From IMG/VR virus record IMGVR_UViG_3300021387_000812: 64,000 nucleotides of DNA. One strand, given 5' to 3'. Below are positions 56,806 through 64,000 of this stretch, one piece after another (position 1 is the stretch's first letter; each line of letters opens with the position of its first letter). Both the position numbers and the translations under genes were made by a program. This DNA is from an uncultured virus (IMG/VR IMGVR_UViG_3300021387_000812) (Duplodnaviria; Heunggongvirae; Uroviricota; Caudoviricetes). The notes beneath the pieces were generated by a model. The model was not told the DNA's origin. It saw nothing but the letters and a program-made list of their open reading frames with translations, and made no database searches.

Positions 56806-57000
56806 ATGGTTTGTGTTAAAGAGATTACTGCCATGTTCAAAGGTAAGGATGGGTCAATGGGATTCCGCACCGGACAAGAATATAAGCTGTGGTACTTCGA
56901 GAAGAACGGCAGGTTCTACATCAGCCGCCCATTCGAAGACGCAACAGCGATATCCTACGACACAATAGCCGCGATTAAAAAGAATTGGGAGATAAAGTGA
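56806..57000 (+). CDS. Hypothetical protein
   Basis: AAGGAG RBS. Confidence 0.65.
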   Translation: MVCVKEITAMFKGKDGSMGFRTGQEYKLWYFEKNGRFYISRPFEDATAISYDTIAAIKKNWEIK

Positions 57001-57257
57001 TGACAGTAGAAGAACTGTATAACATGGTTTCATTCTGCGTAGAACGTGGAGACGATGGACTCTCTGTGTCTACAGCCGAAGATGCGAAGACGCTATGTGA
57101 AGCTCTTAGTTTATTAAAAAAGCAGAAGCCAATGAAGCCGTCATGGAATTGCGGCAGTGCGTACTGTGGAAACTGCGGGCAGAAGCTGCCGCGTAAACAT
57201 CATGAATACGAACGAAACTATTGCTCGAACTGTGGCCAGGCGGTGATTTGGGAATGA
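57000..57257 (+). CDS. Zn-ribbon cassette protein
   Basis: LLKKQ..CGNCG..YCSNCGQAVIWE. Confidence 0.7.
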   Translation: MTVEELYNMVSFCVERGDDGLSVSTAEDAKTLCEALSLLKKQKPMKPSWNCGSAYCGNCGQKLPRKHHEYERNYCSNCGQAVIWE

Positions 57258-57517
57258 TAGATGAACGAAAAAAGGTCGAGTTTATAGAATCCTACATCAA
57301 AGTCGGAAACGACTACCAATGGAATGACAACCACGGACTATTGGTCAGGTGCAAGGATTGCAAACATCGTCCAACAGATCCGAAAAACAAAGGGGTTGGA
57401 CAGTCTTTGGTATTTCCTGATGAAATTTGTCCATGCCAAGTTGGAGACAATTGGTATTCGTGGATGCCGAAAGATGACTGGTTCTGCGCTGGCGGTGAAT
57501 GTAAAGAAGGACAGTGA
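57254..57517 (+). CDS. Cys-rich cassette protein
   Basis: LVRCKDCKH...WFCAGGE. Confidence 0.7.
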   Translation: MIDERKKVEFIESYIKVGNDYQWNDNHGLLVRCKDCKHRPTDPKNKGVGQSLVFPDEICPCQVGDNWYSWMPKDDWFCAGGECKEGQ

Positions 57518-57524
57518 AGTGGGA

Positions 57525-57704
57525 ATGATTGCAGTTGTTATTTTGATTGTTTTGGTTACAGTTTTATCTGTCTATTCTGCGTTTGGAACATATCAGAATC
57601 AACAGGATATAAAAGCGTTGGCAGATGTGACAAAAGGGATAGGCATTAATTCAAAACACATTTGCCAAATCCTTGAGATGCTAAAACAGCAGGAAGGTCA
57701 GTGA
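57525..57704 (+). CDS. Membrane-anchored cassette protein
   Basis: N-terminal TM helix; LKQQE. Confidence 0.6.
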   Translation: MIAVVILIVLVTVLSVYSAFGTYQNQQDIKALADVTKGIGINSKHICQILEMLKQQEGQ

Positions 57705-57709
57705 AGCGA

Positions 57710-58054
57710 ATGGACAGGGAGAAGGTTGTAAAAGAGTTTGAACATTTATTAAATGCAGCAAATGGAAACTATCAGGATTTTGTTGACTTAACCGTTGACG
57801 GAGCCGAAGAGATTCTTGCCTTGCTGAAAGAGCAGGAAGCAAAAGAGCAGTGTTTAAAAACCAAATGCATTTTATGCCCACATTGTGATAATTGCGACGT
57901 TGATGAAAACGGATTACTGAAAGAGCAGGAAGCAATAAAACCCGTAAAACAAATAGAAGAACATGAATGGACAGTATGTGGTTATTGCCGCGAGCATCTT
58001 ATCTCTAAATGGATGTTCTGTCCATATTGCGGAAGGCCGGTGAAATGGGAATGA
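57710..58054 (+). CDS. Zn-ribbon cassette protein
   Basis: MDREKV, two LLKEQEA copies, FCPYCGRPVKWE. Confidence 0.7.
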   Translation: MDREKVVKEFEHLLNAANGNYQDFVDLTVDGAEEILALLKEQEAKEQCLKTKCILCPHCDNCDVDENGLLKEQEAIKPVKQIEEHEWTVCGYCREHLISKWMFCPYCGRPVKWE

Positions 58055-58320
58055 CAAAGGAAGAAGCATATCGTTATATTGATAATCTTAAATGGTTAAA
58101 AGGGTACGACAATACAACAATCGGCGGGAAAACCGTTGGTGAGATATTGGACGAAATCGAAGCTATGCTAAAAGAGCAGGAAGCTGTAAAGATCGAAGTA
58201 AAAAAGATTAACGATAGTGGAAGATGTGGACGATGCCCAAACTGCTTTATGGAATTAAACGAGACGGATTATCCGAAGTTTTGCGGATATTGCGGTCAGA
58301 AGGTGAAATGGAATGATTGA
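58051..58320 (+). CDS. Zn-ribbon cassette protein
   Basis: LKEQEA..FCGYCGQKVKWND. Confidence 0.7.
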   Translation: MTKEEAYRYIDNLKWLKGYDNTTIGGKTVGEILDEIEAMLKEQEAVKIEVKKINDSGRCGRCPNCFMELNETDYPKFCGYCGQKVKWND

Positions 58321-58639
58321 CAGGGAGAAGGTTATTAGAGCAGTTGATTCATGTTTTGAAGACTGGTTAGAGCGACATAGATATTTTTTACATCCGTCAG
58401 ACTTGGAAAAGGTTCGGCAGACAAAAGCTGATGCCCTTGTCCTTCTAAAAGAGCAGGAGTCAAAACTAATTACAACAAAAGTTCGTAAAGTTCTTTGGGA
58501 TGAAACTGATGATGGACCTGTTTACAATATGGATACCTTTTACTGTTGCCCAAAGTGTGGTTATGTTTTATCCAGAACTAACAAAAATAAAGATATTCAC
58601 TTTTGTAGTAAATGTGGGCAGGCGGTGAAGTGGGAATGA
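58313..58639 (+). CDS. Zn-ribbon cassette protein
   Basis: MIDREKV..LLKEQE..FCSKCGQAVKWE. Confidence 0.72.
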   Translation: MIDREKVIRAVDSCFEDWLERHRYFLHPSDLEKVRQTKADALVLLKEQESKLITTKVRKVLWDETDDGPVYNMDTFYCCPKCGYVLSRTNKNKDIHFCSKCGQAVKWE

Positions 58640-58932
58640 ACTTCGAAGCCGTGAACGATCTCCGTAAAAGTACAGATTTCCTTCTCAATGTAAGGAAAGT
58701 AAACGGTTGTCAGTATTCGAAGAAGGAAATGGAAGTAATGCTTGAAGCACTAAATGCCGTAAAACTGTTGGAACCTGCTGAACCGATCTATGTTACGAAT
58801 CCTTATACAGATTTGCCCGTGAGCTATTGTCCCCGCTGCAGGGAATCTATCAGGAAGTTTCAATATGGTGAAGCATACAAAGAATCGAAGTATTGTACTT
58901 TTTGCGGTCAGGCGGTGAAGTGGTGTGATTGA
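58636..58932 (+). CDS. Zn-ribbon cassette protein
   Basis: CPRC..YCTFCGQAVKWCD. Confidence 0.7.
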   Translation: MNFEAVNDLRKSTDFLLNVRKVNGCQYSKKEMEVMLEALNAVKLLEPAEPIYVTNPYTDLPVSYCPRCRESIRKFQYGEAYKESKYCTFCGQAVKWCD

Positions 58933-59235
58933 CAGGGATTTGCTGTTAGAACGGCTTGAACGGCTTGCAGTTGTTCTTGACGAGCTGATGCCACAATGTG
59001 CTGAATTGGTGCGTGATTCCATTGTCCTACTGAAAGAACAGGAAACATAAAATATTTACAAATGCAAAAATTGTGGCACATGGGTTTCGGCTGAAAATGT
59101 TGTCCGTTGTAAGGATTGTAAGCACTACAAAGATGGATTTTGCTATAATCCGAACACATATGACGATAAAAAACAAGGAGAAATACTGTGCCTGATTGGT
59201 TCTGTGCTAACGGGGAACGAAAGGAAGGTTGGTGA
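58925..59235 (+). pseudogene. Disrupted cassette gene
   Basis: MIDRD..LLKEQET with stop at 59048-59050, in-frame VVRCKDCKH after it, then a frameshift before WFCANGERK. Confidence 0.65.
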
Positions 59236-59242
59236 AGTAGAA

Positions 59243-59425
59243 ATGAAAATCAGAATTGAAAAGACATCTGACCCTAATTTTACTATTTATGCTGAATATG
59301 CTAGCTTGGAACAATGTATTAATTTGTTAATAAATGAGGCTAAAGAAAATCAGTATGTCGTTACAAAAAAATTTGACAGTCAATGTGACCGGACTGTGGA
59401 AATTTACGACTTTTATAGGGAGTAA
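59243..59425 (+). CDS. Hypothetical protein
   Basis: Follows junction motif. Confidence 0.6.
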   Translation: MKIRIEKTSDPNFTIYAEYASLEQCINLLINEAKENQYVVTKKFDSQCDRTVEIYDFYRE

Positions 59426-59429
59426 TACC

Positions 59430-59870
59430 ATGCCAACAAGAAACAAAAAATACAAGTACGTTGTAGAGAAGGAAATGGAATGGATTGATGAAGATGTGCG
59501 GATCATAAACGAAAAACTTAATAATGAAAATCCGGGAGACACAAGCCGTTCCACTATTGAATTACATCTTCGTAGAATTTGGGCTGAAAACGAAAGGGCC
59601 AGACTTTATATGTTTATGAGGGAATTTAAGCAAAAGTGTGAAAATCAGAAAGAGCCAAAAATAATTGAGAGGTGCGATCTTGGAAAAGGCAGAAAACGTA
59701 TATGGGTTGAATTTAGATGTAACGGATTGATTTTCGAAAAAAATATGGAAGACATAGACTTTCTTCTGAATTTTAATGCTGAAAGTTGTGGCTACGGTGA
59801 ACTGTGGCGTTGTTGGACGGAGAGACCAACAGATGAGCAGAGAGAGGCGGTGAAGTGGGATGACGATTAA
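59430..59870 (+). CDS. Cassette protein
   Basis: YGELWRCWTERPTDEQREAVKWDD. Confidence 0.7.
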   Translation: MPTRNKKYKYVVEKEMEWIDEDVRIINEKLNNENPGDTSRSTIELHLRRIWAENERARLYMFMREFKQKCENQKEPKIIERCDLGKGRKRIWVEFRCNGLIFEKNMEDIDFLLNFNAESCGYGELWRCWTERPTDEQREAVKWDDD

Positions 59871-60195
59871 AGAATGGGAAAAAGACTTCAAATCATATGT
59901 AACATGGTTAGATATGCCAAGAGATGATTATAAAGGCATCATGAAATACATTGACGATGCTATTAATCTACTGAAAAAGCAGGAAGCGCGAGAATTAACT
60001 ATAGACGAATGGAGAGAATGGAAAGCAAATCCAAAGCGAAATCCAATATGCGAATTATGGGAAAATGATACATCTCCGATGTGGGTTCTTACTCCGGACA
60101 AGGTTCATGAGCCAGCGTTACTTATGGGTAAACTGAAACTGTTTACAGGAAAACCGACTTTTGAACAGTGTAAGGCGGTAAAATGGAATGGATAA
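59860..60195 (+). CDS. Cassette protein
   Basis: LLKKQEA..KPT.EQ.KAVKW. Confidence 0.7.
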   Translation: MTIKEWEKDFKSYVTWLDMPRDDYKGIMKYIDDAINLLKKQEARELTIDEWREWKANPKRNPICELWENDTSPMWVLTPDKVHEPALLMGKLKLFTGKPTFEQCKAVKWNG

Positions 60196-60502
60196 TTTAC
60201 CAGTGGGAATTTTAGCCTTTTGGATTTTAATCGGTGGTTTTATAGGTGGCTTTTTACAAATGATGTTTGCATTATTTGATGACGATGAACTGTCATTTAA
60301 AACAGCATTTTGGTATGCGATGGTGTTTTATGAAAACAATGAAGACAGACTTAATTCCGCTGGATTAACTATAGTTATTGTTGCAATGTCATTATTACTT
60401 TTACCGGGTTATGTTTTGATATTTTTCATAACGTGCTTAAATAAAGCGTTTTGCAAATTGTGGAAAGCATATAAATATGTATTCAGAAAAGAACAGAAAT
60501 AA
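60188..60502 (+). CDS. Membrane protein
   Basis: Two or three hydrophobic segments. Confidence 0.7.
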   Translation: MDNLPVGILAFWILIGGFIGGFLQMMFALFDDDELSFKTAFWYAMVFYENNEDRLNSAGLTIVIVAMSLLLLPGYVLIFFITCLNKAFCKLWKAYKYVFRKEQK

Positions 60503-60627
60503 TATAAAGAAGTGTGGTAAAAATTTGATGACAAACAGGAGGAAAACCAACGTATTACAGTGCTGTTGGTAACTGGTTATGTAAAAAAAGACAGTCGATA
60601 CATACTGCGGACCGGCGGTGAAGTGGG

Positions 60628-60900
60628 ATGGATAAATCAGAAATTATCAGTAGACTCAAAAAAATAGGCTATCATGCAATCCATATTAACGGTGAAAGCC
60701 CGTTTGTTATGAGCCTTGACGATGGAATAGCCGTGAACGAAGCAATTAATATGCTGAATGAGCAAGAAGCGGTTGAATGTATAAATGATCATGGAGTTTT
60801 GCTGTGCGGAAGGTGTAAAAATATTATTGGCTATGACGATGGCTATGGACGCAGCTATAAAAGCAAGTTTTGTTGCGAATGCGGAAGGTCGGTGAAATGA
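60628..60900 (+). CDS. Zn-ribbon cassette protein
   Basis: LNEQEA..FCCECGRSVK. Confidence 0.7.
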   Translation: MDKSEIISRLKKIGYHAIHINGESPFVMSLDDGIAVNEAINMLNEQEAVECINDHGVLLCGRCKNIIGYDDGYGRSYKSKFCCECGRSVK

Positions 60901-61097
60901 AAATGGGATTAACAGAAAGTCATTGGTTTGAAGATGAGGAACCCACATTAACAGAACAACAATTAGAAAATGCGATAGCAGAGAAAGAAAGCGCATATAA
61001 ACGTGGGTACGAAAAAGGTTTTAATGACGCTATGCTTGGCAAACAAGAATTGATGTATGAAGGCATAGACGGAAAATGGCATAAGAAAAATTGGTGA
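60897..61097 (+). CDS. Hypothetical protein
   Basis: Follows junction motif. Confidence 0.6.
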   Translation: MKMGLTESHWFEDEEPTLTEQQLENAIAEKESAYKRGYEKGFNDAMLGKQELMYEGIDGKWHKKNW

Positions 61098-61104
61098 AGT
61101 GGGA

Positions 61105-61515
61105 ATGAGCAGACAATTTAATACTGATGAGTTGATGGTATTTCCACCAGATAATGGAGAGCCTATAACGTTGAATGCATTCGAAAGCATCGAATGCGCC
61201 ATTGAATTCGCTATCGCATTTGATGTGCGAAGTTGGTCTGAAGATTGGATAAGCGCATGGATTTACTCCATTGTATTTGGCCGGGATGATGAAGAATGGG
61301 ATAAAGTGGCGAAGGAGTTCGGCTGGGATGAAGAAGATCGTAAAAGGGTAAACATGATGCATGAACAATGGATAAAAGCGAAGGAAAAGATGGAACAGTC
61401 AAAGATTGTTCGTTGCAGGGATTGCAAATGGTATTCACCGGAAATATCATGGTGTAACAATTTTCATTCACCAAAGGAAGAAACATTTTATTGTGCTGAT
61501 GGGAAAAAGCGGTGA
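61105..61515 (+). CDS. Cassette protein with Cys-rich tail
   Basis: IVRCRDCK..FYCADGKKR. Confidence 0.7.
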   Translation: MSRQFNTDELMVFPPDNGEPITLNAFESIECAIEFAIAFDVRSWSEDWISAWIYSIVFGRDDEEWDKVAKEFGWDEEDRKRVNMMHEQWIKAKEKMEQSKIVRCRDCKWYSPEISWCNNFHSPKEETFYCADGKKR

Positions 61516-61521
61516 AGTGAA

Positions 61522-61719
61522 ATGAAAATAGAAGAATGGAAAAATAAAACTGATGAATGGAAGAACGGTTATTTGGCGTATGTAAATAATTACACTATTG
61601 CATATCCAGATGAAATGAGTAAAGATTGGTGGCTCGGCTTTAATTATGCTTGCAGATATGCAGAGTTAGATAAACAGAATGGTGAATACCCCTTTATATT
61701 TTTTGCAAAAAAGCGGTGA
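61522..61719 (+). CDS. Hypothetical protein
   Basis: Bounded by junction motifs. Confidence 0.6.
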   Translation: MKIEEWKNKTDEWKNGYLAYVNNYTIAYPDEMSKDWWLGFNYACRYAELDKQNGEYPFIFFAKKR

Positions 61720-61725
61720 AGTAGA

Positions 61726-62007
61726 ATGATTGAAAAAAATAGTTATGACTATATTGCAGATGCGGTTAGAACATATTGGAAGAATACTTTCCCACAAGAT
61801 GTAGTAGCATTTTTTCGGCAAAAATATAGTTATGATGACGAATGGGAATGTCTTGAAGAGGTTATTTTTTGCAAAAGTGATTCTGATTATGAAACAATAA
61901 GTTTCTTAAATGATTTTTGCGAAGGACAAACGTGTGTAAAAGACATAACAATCGTACCATTATTAGAAATAACTGAATATTACGCAAGAACAAAACTTAA
62001 TTATTAA
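61726..62007 (+). CDS. Hypothetical protein
   Basis: Bounded by junction motifs. Confidence 0.65.
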   Translation: MIEKNSYDYIADAVRTYWKNTFPQDVVAFFRQKYSYDDEWECLEEVIFCKSDSDYETISFLNDFCEGQTCVKDITIVPLLEITEYYARTKLNY

Positions 62008-62030
62008 ATAGCAAAAGACGGTTAAGTAAA

Positions 62031-62396
62031 ATGATTGATCTGGAGAAGGTTATCAAAGGGCTGGATTCTTGTGCAAAATGGATGGGGAAAGACGATAGTG
62101 ATGCTTGTAATAACTGCCCCTATCATCTTAGTCACTTCAGCTATGATGACAATAATTGCATAGCCGCAGTCAACAATGATGCTATTGCCCTGCTGAAAGA
62201 GCACGAAGCAAAATGGATCTACGGTGAAGATGAAACAGGTATAGATGGGTGGCATTGTTCAGAGTGCAACTTTTTTGAGCCGTGGTTTTATGATTTTACT
62301 GATGATATTGATTTTATAAGGTTCTACAAACACTGTCCAAATTGCGGAAGTAGAATGACATCGTACACAGTGAAACCAACACAAGACAGGTGGTAA
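62031..62396 (+). CDS. Zn-ribbon cassette protein
   Basis: MIDLEKVIKGL..LLKEHEA..CSEC..CPNCG. Confidence 0.7.
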   Translation: MIDLEKVIKGLDSCAKWMGKDDSDACNNCPYHLSHFSYDDNNCIAAVNNDAIALLKEHEAKWIYGEDETGIDGWHCSECNFFEPWFYDFTDDIDFIRFYKHCPNCGSRMTSYTVKPTQDRW

Positions 62397-62402
62397 AGTA
62401 GG

Positions 62403-62669
62403 ATGATTGACCGGGAAAAGGTCGCCAAAGAACTAGCTGTTAGGATACAAAGCGACAGCGAAGAATGGAATACGATTGAATTACCAATCGAACAAGCAAA
62501 AGATATTCTTGCTCTGCTGAAAGAGCGGGAACCTATAGAGCCCGAAGTATTTATGGATGGAATTATAGAACGATATAAATGTAGACGATGCGGAAAACAC
62601 CTTATCAAAACAAGATTTTGGAAAGACAACTACTGTTCACTATGCGGCGGTGAGATATTATGGAAATGA
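62403..62669 (+). CDS. Zn-ribbon cassette protein
   Basis: MIDREKV..LLKERE..YCSLCGGEILWK. Confidence 0.7.
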   Translation: MIDREKVAKELAVRIQSDSEEWNTIELPIEQAKDILALLKEREPIEPEVFMDGIIERYKCRRCGKHLIKTRFWKDNYCSLCGGEILWK

Positions 62670-62899
62670 TAGATAAAAATAAGATAATTGAAGGGTTGGA
62701 ATGCTGTTCCACAAAAAATCTATGCGAGCAGTGCCCATACTACGCCGGCTGGAACGAAGATTGCGTCGGCGCACTGTCGAAAGATGTTCTTAAACTATTA
62801 AAACAGCAGGAGCAGAAGCTGGTTTGCCCAAAGTGTAACGGGCAACCAAAGTGGGTGACATGCGGACTTTGTGGACAGGTGATAAAATGGAATCAATAA
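62666..62899 (+). CDS. Zn-ribbon cassette protein
   Basis: KIIEGLECC..LLKQQE..CGLCGQVIKW. Confidence 0.65.
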   Translation: MIDKNKIIEGLECCSTKNLCEQCPYYAGWNEDCVGALSKDVLKLLKQQEQKLVCPKCNGQPKWVTCGLCGQVIKWNQ

Positions 62900-63285
62900 A
62901 TAAGATTATTGAAGGGCTTGAACATTGTGAGCTTGGGTCAGGCCAGCCTTGCTATGAAAAGGATTGCCCATACTATCTTGACCATGATTGTTTAGATTAT
63001 TTAAAAACTGATATCATTGCGCGGCTAAAAGAACAAGAAGAACGCATCAGGATTTTAGATAGAGCAATCAAATACATACCGCAACCTACAAAACTACTGG
63101 ATGTATTTGGGAATGATTATGCAAAGATCGTAAAATGTAAGCATTGTATATACGGAGAAGGACTACCGGATGGACTGTATCAATGTCACTACGACAAGGA
63201 TTATACCCGCCGCGAACAGAAGCACAGCCCAAGCTGGTTCTGTGCAGACGGAAAGAGAAGGGAACAGAATGAGTTGGAGAGATGA
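62887..63285 (+). CDS. Cys-rich cassette protein
   Basis: KIIEGLEHC..LKEQE..IVKCKHC..WFCADGKRR. Confidence 0.7.
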   Translation: MESINKIIEGLEHCELGSGQPCYEKDCPYYLDHDCLDYLKTDIIARLKEQEERIRILDRAIKYIPQPTKLLDVFGNDYAKIVKCKHCIYGEGLPDGLYQCHYDKDYTRREQKHSPSWFCADGKRREQNELER

Positions 63286-63463
63286 TCCCGTAACTGAAAA
63301 GCAATTGGAAATGATTAAGAACATGCATGAGTTCTCTGACTGGCCGTTACCTAAGTTCACGGGGCAGACCAAAGGTGAAGCTGCCGACTATATCGATACA
63401 TGGATTGTAAAGGCACACGAAAGTATTTTGGATTGCTGGGATGTAACGCAAGGGATTCAGTAA
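63269..63463 (+). CDS. Hypothetical protein
   Basis: PVTEKQL...TKGEAADYID. Confidence 0.6.
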   Translation: MSWRDDPVTEKQLEMIKNMHEFSDWPLPKFTGQTKGEAADYIDTWIVKAHESILDCWDVTQGIQ

Positions 63464-63479
63464 AGGACGGTGAAGTCTG

Positions 63480-63866
63480 ATGGATGAATTAAGACCTTGC
63501 CCTTGGTGTAATGAAACATTGCCGCTCGTTATCTTAACAGAACGATGTTCTTGCGGCAAACACCATTGGGTTTTTGTGAAATGCCATAAATGTGGAGCCA
63601 GTGGGCCTACCGTGCCTTATTATAAAGAGACAGACGATTTAAGTATACGTGAAAAGGCCGCAGCTGGATGGTGGAATAACATGCAGCCAACACAAGCCAC
63701 GATTAAACCAGTACGAGATAAAGAGACAGGCCGGCTCTGGTTATGCAGCGATTGCGGCTGTTACATAGGGTTTGAAGACAACGACGAAGACGATCCGAAC
63801 GAGTTCAGCAACTTCTGTCCGCAATGTGGAAAGATGATAGATTGGAACAATCGAGATGGAAATTGA
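63480..63866 (+). CDS. Lar-like Zn finger fused to a Zn ribbon
   Basis: ELRPCPWC..C.KCGASGP..WN plus FCPQCGKMIDW. Confidence 0.7.
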   Translation: MDELRPCPWCNETLPLVILTERCSCGKHHWVFVKCHKCGASGPTVPYYKETDDLSIREKAAAGWWNNMQPTQATIKPVRDKETGRLWLCSDCGCYIGFEDNDEDDPNEFSNFCPQCGKMIDWNNRDGN

Positions 63867-64000
63867 TATTTTCGATAAACGTGGAAATAAAGTTGACACC
63901 TTAAACCTATGCGAAGCTTGCAGAGAAGCAACGATGATTGCGAAAAAATATAACGCAACTCACAACAAAACTATCATGAAAGTCGACTTATGCGACGACT

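Larger units (their letters stand above)
57231..63482 (+). repeat. Recurrent intergenic junction motif (GC)GGTGAART-N3-5-ATG across a small-gene array
   Basis: About 20 copies of varying degeneracy, each just upstream of a start codon. Confidence 0.75.

Noticed and set aside
54638..63866. True integron
   Set aside because: Integrase is Tn916-like with xis and attP; junction motifs are short and not palindromic like attC sites.

Overview
A 64 kb segment of a large temperate phage of a Firmicutes (probably Clostridia-like) host. It covers the early/middle region, with virtually all genes on the + strand and no virion structural module. Recognisable genes: RNase H, three SSBs, a DUF932-like protein, macrodomain, ASCH, two tRNAs, a YonO-like single-subunit RNA polymerase, Sak-like recombinase, primase-helicase, DnaE, NrdH/NrdD (split by a group I intron)/NrdG, RuvC-like resolvase, dUTPase, a ThyX-like protein, and a Tn916-type xis-int followed by an attP that carries a replacement 3' end of lysS. 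Most unusual: (1) a Cas7/RAMP-like gene and a partner gene followed by a six-unit non-coding array (GGCAGYCRWGG repeats) whose 'spacers' keep a strict 5-nt G-x-H-N-N register, suggesting a non-CRISPR RNA-guided system; (2) a retron-type RT with three related msr/msd-like ncRNAs (one on each side of the RT, one about 5 kb away), at the end of a complete Ubl-E2-JAB-E1 ubiquitin-like operon; (3) a conserved 33-bp promoter-like motif in five copies; (4) a roughly 7 kb array of small mosaic genes joined by a recurrent GGTGAART junction motif. All assignments come from reading motifs by eye; no database searches or folding programs were run.
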